A stretch of DNA of 64,000 bases from Acidimicrobiales bacterium (lineage in GTDB: Bacteria > Actinomycetota > Acidimicrobiia > Acidimicrobiales > JBBRAZ01): contig JBBRAZ010000006.1 in the NCBI GenBank assembly GCA_038206295.1, forward strand, positions 48,734-112,733, in the 5' to 3' direction. The notes beneath the pieces were generated by a model, which saw only the letters and a list, made by a program, of their open reading frames with translations, was not told the origin of the DNA and searched no databases. Shown here piece by piece: positions 31,358 through 38,165 of the stretch. A program made the translations under genes and the position numbers. Positions within the stretch are counted from its first letter, which is position 1. Each line of letters begins with the position of its first letter.

Positions 31358-32134
31358 TCACGTCGGCTTGGTGGCGAGGAACACGTGTGCGTACACGTCG
31401 AAGGTGCGGGCGTTGCGCTCGCCTCCTGAGCCGCCGAACGCGTCGATGGCCGGCCCAACGGAGATGTCGGTGAAGCCAGCGTCGGTGAGCAGGGTGCACC
31501 AATCGTCCACGGGCTTGCCCCCACCGACGCATCCGGTCCACAGGTCGATGTTGCACACGGCCTGTTCGGGGAGCGGCTTGCCGTTGGCGATGTCGGCGAA
31601 CTGGATGTGCCCGCCGGGCTTGAGTGCCCGGTACGCCTGGGCGAGCACCGCCGCCTTGTCGGCGACGAGGTTGATGACGCCGTTGGCGATGACCACGTCT
31701 GCCCAGCTGTCCTCGACGGGGAGCTCTTCGAGGATGCCGTCGCGGAACTCGACGTTGACGAGTCCGAGCTGATCAGCGGTCTCGGTGGCCTTGGCGAGCA
31801 TCTCCGGGGTCATGTCCACGCCGATGACCGCGCCATCGGCGCCGACCGCTCGAGCGGCGACGAAGCAGTCGAACCCGCCACCCGAGCCGAGATCGACGAC
31901 GTGCTCACCGGGCTCCAGGGGCCGCACGGCGTGGGGGTTGCCGACGCCGGCGAAGGACTCGACCGCCCGATCGGACAACGTATCGACCACGGTCGAGTCG
32001 TAGCCGAGGAGCTCAGCGAGCGGCCTACCCGTGTGGAAGTGGAAGTCCCCTCCAGGATCGGTTGCTACGTCCTTGTACTTGTCGCGCACGTTGGCTCGAA
32101 GGGCCTCGGGATCGACGCTGATCGTGTTGTGCAC
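31358..32134 (-). CDS. SAM-dependent methyltransferase, ArsM (arsenite methyltransferase)-like
   Basis: ORF track 258 aa. ...VRDKYKDVATDPGGDFHFHTGRPLAELLGYD... is followed by SAM motif VVDLGSGGGFDCF. ...VIANGVINLVADK... and LKPGGHIQFADI resemble ArsM/UbiE-type enzymes. Confidence 0.8.
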   Translation of the reverse strand: MHNTISVDPEALRANVRDKYKDVATDPGGDFHFHTGRPLAELLGYDSTVVDTLSDRAVESFAGVGNPHAVRPLEPGEHVVDLGSGGGFDCFVAARAVGADGAVIGVDMTPEMLAKATETADQLGLVNVEFRDGILEELPVEDSWADVVIANGVINLVADKAAVLAQAYRALKPGGHIQFADIANGKPLPEQAVCNIDLWTGCVGGGKPVDDWCTLLTDAGFTDISVGPAIDAFGGSGGERNARTFDVYAHVFLATKPT

Positions 32135-32248
32135 CGCTCGCCTCCACTGTTGGGTGCCAGGCGTCTGCCTGGGCTGAGCCGCATCAGCTCCTTCACCGGC
32201 GGGGCCGGGCTGACTCGAGGGCGCTCCGGAGCACCCACACGGTCAACC

Positions 32249-32297
32249 TACGGACGTGCGAGGCGCGGGTCATCCGGTGTTCGCCCTACAAATCGAG
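32249..32297. repeat. ~49-nt direct repeat, copy 2 (abuts the truncated antitoxin fragment)
   Basis: See 29702-29750. Confidence 0.75.
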
Positions 32298-32472
32298 CGA
32301 CCGGACGGGCGACCGGACAGGAGGAGTGCCACCTGAGCGAGCGCGACGTCGTGAAGATGAAAGAGCGCTGCACGGCGCGGCGCCGCCGGGCGGCCTCGAC
32401 CAGATCCGGGAACTCGGGGTTCTTCACCGACCGCGCACGGACGATCTCGTCGAGGAAGTCATCGTTGTCCAT
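32298..32472 (-). pseudogene. Frameshifted, truncated higA-like antitoxin
   Basis: The rc from ATG 32472-32470 reads MDNDDFLDEIVRARSVKNPEFPDLVEAARRRRAVQRS. The homologous continuation (RALSSSRRRALAQVALLLSGR) is in the +1 frame. Compare with the intact 37169-37483. Confidence 0.6.
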
Positions 32473-32527
32473 GCTCACCTCTCAGGCATCTGGTTGCAGA
32501 GAGAGTAGTCCCAGCCAAAGACCAGAC

Positions 32528-32563
32528 ATGAGTCTTGACTCATTATGAGTTATTCGTCATACT
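32528..32563 (+). promoter_or_regulatory. AT-rich promoter/operator of the RelE/XRE pair: 16-bp palindrome over the -35, -10 CATACT 6 nt before the GTG (leaderless geometry)
   Basis: atgagtcttgactcat (32528-32543) is a perfect palindrome containing TTGACT (32535-32540). A 17-nt spacer precedes catact at 32558-32563, and the GTG is at 32570. Confidence 0.5.
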
Positions 32564-32569
32564 GCGGAA

Positions 32570-32926
32570 GTGTGGGACGTAGAGGTCACCGACGAGTTCA
32601 TCGAGTGGTGGGAGCAGCTCAACGTCGACCAGCAGGAATCACTCACCGACCGCGTCGATCTGCTCGCGGAGCGCGGACCCGACCTCGGTCGACCGGTGGT
32701 CGACCGAATCCAAGGGTCACGGCATCACAACATGAAGGAGCTGCGTGCCAGCAGCGACGGCGCTCTGAGGGTGCTGTTCATGTTCGATCCCCGACGGCAG
32801 GTCATCGTGCTCGTCGGCGGCGACCCATCGGGGGCGTGGGTCGAGTGGTACCGGCAGGCCATACCTCTAGCGGATGACCTGTACGACCGATACCTCGAAG
32901 AGCTACGAGATGAGGGGCTGATCTGA
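32570..32926 (+). CDS. Type II toxin, RelE/ParE superfamily (HigB-like)
   Basis: ORF track 118 aa. ...LGRPVVDRIQGSRHHNMKELRASSDGALRVLFMFDPRRQVIVLVGGDPSG...WYRQAIPLADDLYDRYL is typical of this toxin family. Confidence 0.85.
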   Translation: MWDVEVTDEFIEWWEQLNVDQQESLTDRVDLLAERGPDLGRPVVDRIQGSRHHNMKELRASSDGALRVLFMFDPRRQVIVLVGGDPSGAWVEWYRQAIPLADDLYDRYLEELRDEGLI

Positions 32927-33255
32927 TGGCACGAACCAAGTTCTCCGAGCTGCGCAAGGGTGTGGACGCGCGGCCGGGGGCCGCTGAGCGGCTGGCCACC
33001 AAGCGCGCTGAGACCCTCGAGGAGATCCGTCTCTACGAGCTGCGCCACCAGGAGGCCGTCAGCCAGGCGGCTCTGGCCGGGCGCCTCGACGTCACCCAAG
33101 GGGCGATCTCGAAGCTCGAGAGCTCGGAGGACGTGCGCGTCTCGACGCTTCGCCAGTACCTCGAAGCGCTCGGCGCACGACTGGAGCTCATCGCCGTCTT
33201 CGACGATGAGAACCGTCGTGTGCCGATCCAGCTCGGCAAGGGCACCGCCGCCTGA
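32926..33255 (+). CDS. XRE-family HTH antitoxin
   Basis: ORF track 109 aa. ...HQEAVSQAALAGRLDVTQGAISKLESSEDVRVSTLRQYLEALGARLELIAVF is the HigA-like pattern. The start overlaps the toxin stop. Confidence 0.85.
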   Translation: MARTKFSELRKGVDARPGAAERLATKRAETLEEIRLYELRHQEAVSQAALAGRLDVTQGAISKLESSEDVRVSTLRQYLEALGARLELIAVFDDENRRVPIQLGKGTAA

Positions 33256-33470
33256 GGAGCTGCGCCACCGCGGATGCGTGCGGCTCTGCTGTCGACTCTG
33301 AAGTCCTGGCCGTAGACAAAGTTCAGAGTCCAAGCCGCAGGAGCGGGCGGTCAGGCGACAGCCGCCGTGGCACAGCCGAAATCCGGGCATTGGAGTTGAC
33401 CCGGTTCGTCGAGACCGCGCCGAGATGTCGTCCACTACCGTGGGGTGACGACAGCGGGGGTGACAGGGCC

Positions 33471-35342
33471 ATGTCGACGACCAAGGGGCGCAGCGCTGTC
33501 GTCGTGATCGTGCTCCTCGGAGCGAGCCTCGCGTCGACAGCGCCAGGTGGGGGCGCGGGAGGTCGTATTGCCGGCTTCGTCGACGTACCGGCCAGCCACC
33601 CGTTCGTGGAGGAGATCGAGTGGCTCGTCGATGAGGGCATCGCCGCCGGCTACCCCGACGGCACGTTCCAACCCGCGCTGCCAGTGACCCGGGGCGCCAT
33701 GGCGGCGTTCCTCTGGCGCTTGGCACACCCGGACGTGGGCGCCGCGCCGGCGTGCTCTACCGAGCCCTTCCCAGACACCTCGATGCTGAACCAATTCTGC
33801 GGCGAGATCGCGTGGCTGGTGGCTGCCGGCATCGCGTCAGGCTTCGATGACGGCACCTTCCGTGCCGAATCACCCGTGTCACGCCAAGCGATGGCCGCGT
33901 TCCTCCGTCGAGCATCTGGTGACCCCTCACCAAGTACGCCAACCGTCGCACCGTTCTCCGACGTACCGACGTGGCATCCGTTCGCGCCGGACATCGACTG
34001 GCTCGCCGCCACCGGTATCGCTGGGGGCTTCGCCGACGGCTCGTTCCAGCCGACGACCGCCGTCTCACGTCAGGCCATGGCGGCATTCCTCCTTAGGCTC
34101 ACGCGACACCGATGGACGGCGACCACCACCCTCGTCTCGGTCGCCCCCGACGGCTCCGTCGGGAACCTCTCCTCCGACTGGGGCGTGATCTCCGCCGACG
34201 GCAGATACGTCGCCTTCAGCTCGGGGGCGACAGATCTCGTCGCCGGCGACACAAACGGCGACCAGGACATCTTCCTGTGGGAGCGAGCTACCGCCACCAC
34301 AGTCCGGATTTCGATTGCGTCCGATGGCACCGAGGCTGACGGACCCTCCTCAAGACCAGCGATCTCCAATGACGGCCGCTACGTCGCCTACGAGTCCGGA
34401 GCGACCAACCTCGTCGCCGGCGACACAAACGGGCAGGACGACATCTTCCTATGGGATCGAGCGACGAGCTCGACCACCCGTGTGTCAGTCGGGGTCGGTG
34501 GCGTCCAGGCGGGCGGGCGCTCCCGCTCAGCCACCATCTCAGGGGACGGTCGACTCATCGCCTACCGATCCGACGCGGCGAACCTCGTGCCCATCGATGC
34601 CAACTTCCGCACGAACGACATCTTCCTGCTCGATCGAGCCGCGGGGACGACCTCATTGCTGTCGCTGGCCCCCGATGGCTCGGCCGCGGACGCCGCGTCG
34701 GACTCCCCGGATCTGTCCGCCGACGGCCGGTATGTCGCCTACCGATCGGACGCGTCGAATCTGGTGCCAGGCGACTCGAACGGCACGTACGACGTGTTCG
34801 TGGCCGACCTCGAGGCGGGCACAACCAAGCGGGAGTCGGTCGCATCGGATGGGACCCAAGGAAACGACCGGTCGTTCTGGCCGCACCTCTCCGCCGACGG
34901 CAGCTATCTCGCGTTCACGTCCGAGGCATCAAACCTCGTGGCTTCCGACAACAACGGACTCGAGGACGGTTTCCTCGTCGACCGTAGGACAGGCCTCGTG
35001 CGCTTGGTCACCGCCTCCCCTACCGGCGCCTCCGGTAACGGGCAGAGCTACGCGACCGCGATTTCCGCCGATGGTCGCTTCGTCGCCTTCTACGGCGGGT
35101 CGACCAACCTCGTCGTCCCAGACGTCAACGGCCTCTGGGATGCGTTCGTGTGGGACCGAGTCACAGGAACGACGAAGCTCGCCTCCGTTTCGTCCGCTGG
35201 GGAGCAGGGCGACGATCACTCGGGCCCAGTGTCGATCTCCGGCAACGGCCGGTACGTCGTCTACCACTCGTTCGCCACAAACCTCGTGGCCGACGACACA
35301 AATGGTCGACCTGACGTATTCCTCTGGGATCTGGGGCCCTGA
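33471..35342 (+). CDS. Secreted surface protein: signal peptide, three SLH domains, then ~8 PD40/TolB-like beta-propeller repeats
   Basis: ORF 33390..35342, ATG at 33471 (MSTTKGRSAVVVIVLLGASLAS). The SLH units are FVDVPASHPFVEEIEWLVDEGIAAGYPDGTFQP, FPDTSMLNQFCGEIAWLVAAGIASGFDDGTFRA and FSDVPTWHPFAPDIDWLAATGIAGGFADGSFQP. These are followed by repeated ..DGRYVA(F/Y)xSxAxNLVxGDTNGxxDIFLWDRxTxTT.. units. Confidence 0.85.
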   Translation: MSTTKGRSAVVVIVLLGASLASTAPGGGAGGRIAGFVDVPASHPFVEEIEWLVDEGIAAGYPDGTFQPALPVTRGAMAAFLWRLAHPDVGAAPACSTEPFPDTSMLNQFCGEIAWLVAAGIASGFDDGTFRAESPVSRQAMAAFLRRASGDPSPSTPTVAPFSDVPTWHPFAPDIDWLAATGIAGGFADGSFQPTTAVSRQAMAAFLLRLTRHRWTATTTLVSVAPDGSVGNLSSDWGVISADGRYVAFSSGATDLVAGDTNGDQDIFLWERATATTVRISIASDGTEADGPSSRPAISNDGRYVAYESGATNLVAGDTNGQDDIFLWDRATSSTTRVSVGVGGVQAGGRSRSATISGDGRLIAYRSDAANLVPIDANFRTNDIFLLDRAAGTTSLLSLAPDGSAADAASDSPDLSADGRYVAYRSDASNLVPGDSNGTYDVFVADLEAGTTKRESVASDGTQGNDRSFWPHLSADGSYLAFTSEASNLVASDNNGLEDGFLVDRRTGLVRLVTASPTGASGNGQSYATAISADGRFVAFYGGSTNLVVPDVNGLWDAFVWDRVTGTTKLASVSSAGEQGDDHSGPVSISGNGRYVVYHSFATNLVADDTNGRPDVFLWDLGP

Positions 35343-35648
35343 AGCACGGCGCGGCAGGTCGTCTCGGTCGCACTGCGATGGCCTCTTGGACAGCGTTCAC
35401 CCAATGCAGCAGCGGGTGAGCGGGGCGTCAACTCGGTTGGCTGGACCGACCTCTACCAATGTCAACTGCACAAGCAGCAGGCCCGGCAGCCTCGGCATCG
35501 AGCAGCCCGTCCATCGTCCAGACCGCTCTGCCGAGGTCACTGGTCGTCTCGCATCATCGGGGGTGTCAGCGTGCGCCCGGGTCCTGGTCGGTAGATGGGG
35601 TCTGCTTGCCGCGTCGGCAGGCGCTTCGTGGGCACCTGCGGCCGTGGT

Positions 35649-36338
35649 TCACCCACTTGCAGCCACGCGACACAAGAACGTGCCTGACTGCTCCTGCGCT
35701 CCGAATCCGACTTCGAGAAGGTGAACGGTTAGCGCGCAGTCACCTGTCGCCCCAGCAAATCTGCCGGTTCCGGACTCGATGACGAGGTCGTAGTCGTCGC
35801 CGCTGCTCGTCGTCGCCGCCTCGCTCTCGAACGACCCTGCCAACGTTCCATCGGGGCCGGTCAACGTGAACGTCCCCTCACCCGACCACAGGTCACCGTG
35901 GAGCACGCCGCAGTAGTCGGCCACATGGGACAACGTCGTCCCGTCGTCGAGCACCCACGTCGTCTCGAGGTGGTGGGTGAGGTGCGGGCACCGCTGGCCG
36001 GCGAGCGACCAATGCTCGATCCCTGCATAGGTTCCGCTGAAGGGCAACGAGGCGGGCAGGGGTGGTGCGGGGGGCGACGTCGCAGGCGGGGCGGGTGCCT
36101 CGGGAGTCGTGACCTGCGGCGGGGGAACGACCGACGTGGTTGTCGTCGCAGGCTCCTCCACCCACGTCGTGTCCGTCGTCGACGTCCCCGGAAGGGTCGT
36201 GGGCACACTCGCGGTGGTTGTCGATACCGACACCGTGGTCGACGTCGAGTCGTCGCCCCCCGGTGCATCGCCGGTGGCGACGTACGCACCGGAACCGCAT
36301 GCTGCGAGCGTCAGCCCGAGGAGGGCTGACGTCAGCAA
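35649..36338 (-). CDS. Lipoprotein with Thr/Pro-rich linker and C-terminal beta-barrel-like domain
   Basis: ORF track 229 aa. It starts at a TTG at 36338, with no upstream in-frame ATG/GTG before a stop. The lipobox is LTLAACGS. The C-terminal ...GTFTLTGPDGTLAGSFESE...VIESGTGRFAGATGDCALTV resembles dirigent/AOC-barrel-like proteins (weak recollection). Confidence 0.65.
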   Translation of the reverse strand: MLTSALLGLTLAACGSGAYVATGDAPGGDDSTSTTVSVSTTTASVPTTLPGTSTTDTTWVEEPATTTTSVVPPPQVTTPEAPAPPATSPPAPPLPASLPFSGTYAGIEHWSLAGQRCPHLTHHLETTWVLDDGTTLSHVADYCGVLHGDLWSGEGTFTLTGPDGTLAGSFESEAATTSSGDDYDLVIESGTGRFAGATGDCALTVHLLEVGFGAQEQSGTFLCRVAASG

Positions 36339-36547
36339 TCCCGGCCTCGATTGCCGGCGGCGTGGAGCGGAGGGTGGAACCTCCGCACGCTACCGCCCTC
36401 AACGCACCCGTACCCGCGCGTCCTGGTCGCTGGGCCAACTCCACCTACTGCGCCACGCCGCACGCACCCTCAACGAGTTCGTGGTGCCCGAACATCGTCG
36501 CCGGGTCGCCGCTGCGCGACGATGTCATAGACAGAAGGAGCGATCTC

Positions 36548-37138
36548 GTGGCCCTACGACAGCGGCTACTCAGGGGCGTCGTTGCTGGCTCGTTGCTCGC
36601 CCTAGCGACCGCTGTGGGCATCGCAATCGCTGTCGCAACTTCGTCCTCTGCAGGTGACCCCGGGACGGTCGCTCGTATCGATGTGGATCAGATCGAAGAG
36701 GGCGTGCACGCCACGAACGTGCTCGACCGCGCAGCGATCATCGCGCGGGACGGCGACGAGATCGCCGTCTTCTTCCCTCTCTCCCCCCACTTCGACGGCA
36801 GCAGACACATCGACTGGTGCGACGAAGCTGGTGTGTTCGTCGAATGGGAAGGTGGATCGATTTGGACGCGAGGCGGGAAGAAGCTCAGCGGACCGACACC
36901 ACGGTCTCTGGACCGCTACCCATCACACGTTGATGGGGATGTTCTCGTCGTCGACCTCAGCACCATCGAGTACCGGGACGTGTTCGACCGCGAGGTAGAT
37001 GCCCCACCTGGCTTCGACGGTGGCCGCTCAAACGTGCTTGTCGGCCAGCCCGCGACTGACTACCTCTACACCGACGCATGGGCGAGATCGTTCGCCGCGG
37101 CGCCGAAGTGGTGCCCGGACCCTGATCGCCTTTCGTAG
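36548..37138 (+). CDS. Membrane-anchored protein with Rieske-fold-like domain lacking the Cys/His cluster ligands
   Basis: A GTG at 36548 lies 7 nt after agaaggag, in frame with ORF 36140..37138. VALRQRLLRGVVAGSLLALATAVGIAIAV is a TM anchor. ...AVFFPLSPHFDGSRHIDWCDEAGVFVEWEGGSIWTRGGKKLSGPTPRSLDRYPSHVDGDVLVVD parallels CPHxGC...CPCHGSxF...GPAxxxLxxYxVxxxGDxLxV. Confidence 0.55.
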   Translation: MALRQRLLRGVVAGSLLALATAVGIAIAVATSSSAGDPGTVARIDVDQIEEGVHATNVLDRAAIIARDGDEIAVFFPLSPHFDGSRHIDWCDEAGVFVEWEGGSIWTRGGKKLSGPTPRSLDRYPSHVDGDVLVVDLSTIEYRDVFDREVDAPPGFDGGRSNVLVGQPATDYLYTDAWARSFAAAPKWCPDPDRLS

Positions 37139-37168
37139 CACCAGGCCGACACGGGTCGGCGGTCCCGG

Positions 37169-37483
37169 TCAGGCGCTACGGCGTGGCCGCGCGCGTTCCG
37201 CCGACAGGACGAAGTCGACCCGCTGGCCGACGGCAGCCGCGTAGCGCTCGATCGTCGACAGCCGGGCGTCGACGTCAGCTGACTCGAGCCTGGCAACGGC
37301 AGACTGCGACGTGCCCATGCGCCCGGCGACCAACGTCTGCGAGAGGCCGAGCTCCTCGCGGCGCGCTGCGAGCGAGCGCAGAAGCTCGCGGCGCCGCAGC
37401 GCTGCTTCGACCAACTCCGGGAACTCCGCGTTCTTCGCCGAGCGCTCCCGGATGATCTCGTCGAGGAAGTCACCACCACTCAT
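37169..37483 (-). CDS. higA: XRE-family HTH antitoxin (HigA-like)
   Basis: ORF 37169..37489. ATG at 37483 follows gtgaggtg. MSGGDFLDEIIRERSAKNAEFPELVEAALRRRELLRSLAARREELGLSQTLVAGRMGTSQSAVARLES.... Confidence 0.85.
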   Translation of the reverse strand: MSGGDFLDEIIRERSAKNAEFPELVEAALRRRELLRSLAARREELGLSQTLVAGRMGTSQSAVARLESADVDARLSTIERYAAAVGQRVDFVLSAERARPRRSA

Positions 37484-37531
37484 ACGCACCTCACGTGTAT
37501 CTCGTTTCTGAGATACTACTGTAGGGATCCG

Positions 37532-37885
37532 TCATGGGCTACCCCGGGATCGGGAGCGCCAGTCCTTGAGCCGCCGCTCAGCCAGCCGAATGGTCTCTGG
37601 GGGTGTCTTCTGCGACTTCTTCGAGATGCCCTCCAGCGCAAGGAGCACCTGCGCGGCCTTCCCCTCTGAGGCGAACAGGATGCGGAACGCCTGCCGATCT
37701 CCATCGGCGCGTACCTCGTAGAGGTCGTCGCGCAGGTGGCGTGCGGCCGGCAGACCTTCCAGCTGCACCTCCTTCATCGCCGCGACGACCGCAGCAGCAT
37801 CAGCGTCGCTCAAGTCGCCGATGAACTCCCTCACGGGCCGACGGCCAGCCGCAGTTCGGTAGTCACGCCATCGCCGCTTCGCCAT
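37532..37885 (-). CDS. higB: Type II toxin, RelE/HigB-like (Gp49/DUF891-type)
   Basis: ORF 37532..37945, ATG at 37885. MAKRRWRDYRTAAGRRPVREFIGDLSDADAAAVVAAMKEV...LYEVRADGDRQAFRILFASEGKAAQVLLALEGISKKSQKTPPETIRLAERRLKDW is the classic pattern. A -10-like TACTCT lies 6 nt upstream of the ATG. Confidence 0.85.
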   Translation of the reverse strand: MAKRRWRDYRTAAGRRPVREFIGDLSDADAAAVVAAMKEVQLEGLPAARHLRDDLYEVRADGDRQAFRILFASEGKAAQVLLALEGISKKSQKTPPETIRLAERRLKDWRSRSRGSP

Positions 37886-38021
37886 GTCCGCAGAGTACGA
37901 GTGCCAGTGAGAGCTCCCGACCCCGCTTCTTGCCTGTGCCGCCATCGAGTTCCGGTGTCAGCCTCGGTGGCAACCGGGGAGCGAGATCCGTGCCCTCGAT
38001 CGCGTCCTCCCAGGTCAGACG

Positions 38022-38098
38022 TGGTGGGCGCTGAGGGACTCGAACCCCCGACCCCCTCCTTGTAAGGGAGGTGCTCTAGCCAGCTGAGCTAAGCGCCC
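38022..38098 (-). tRNA. tRNA-Val (anticodon TAC), CCA encoded
   Basis: The rc reads GGGCGCT TA GCTC AGCTGGCTA GAGC A CCTCC CTTACAA GGAGG GGGTC GGGGG TTCGAGT CCCTC AGCGCCC A CCA. The acceptor has 7 bp. The D, anticodon and T arms all pair, and the anticodon loop is CT-TAC-AA. Confidence 0.9.
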
Positions 38099-38165
38099 CA
38101 GTGCTGGGCTTCCGCCCGCTCATGGGCCGCCAACGACGTGAGGTTATGGGGTCAGATCGACCCCG

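Noticed and set aside
35343-35648. A 306-nt gap after the SLH protein gene, examined for a small gene or RNA.
   Set aside because: There is no ORF with coding-like composition, no strong hairpin and no repeat. I leave it unannotated.
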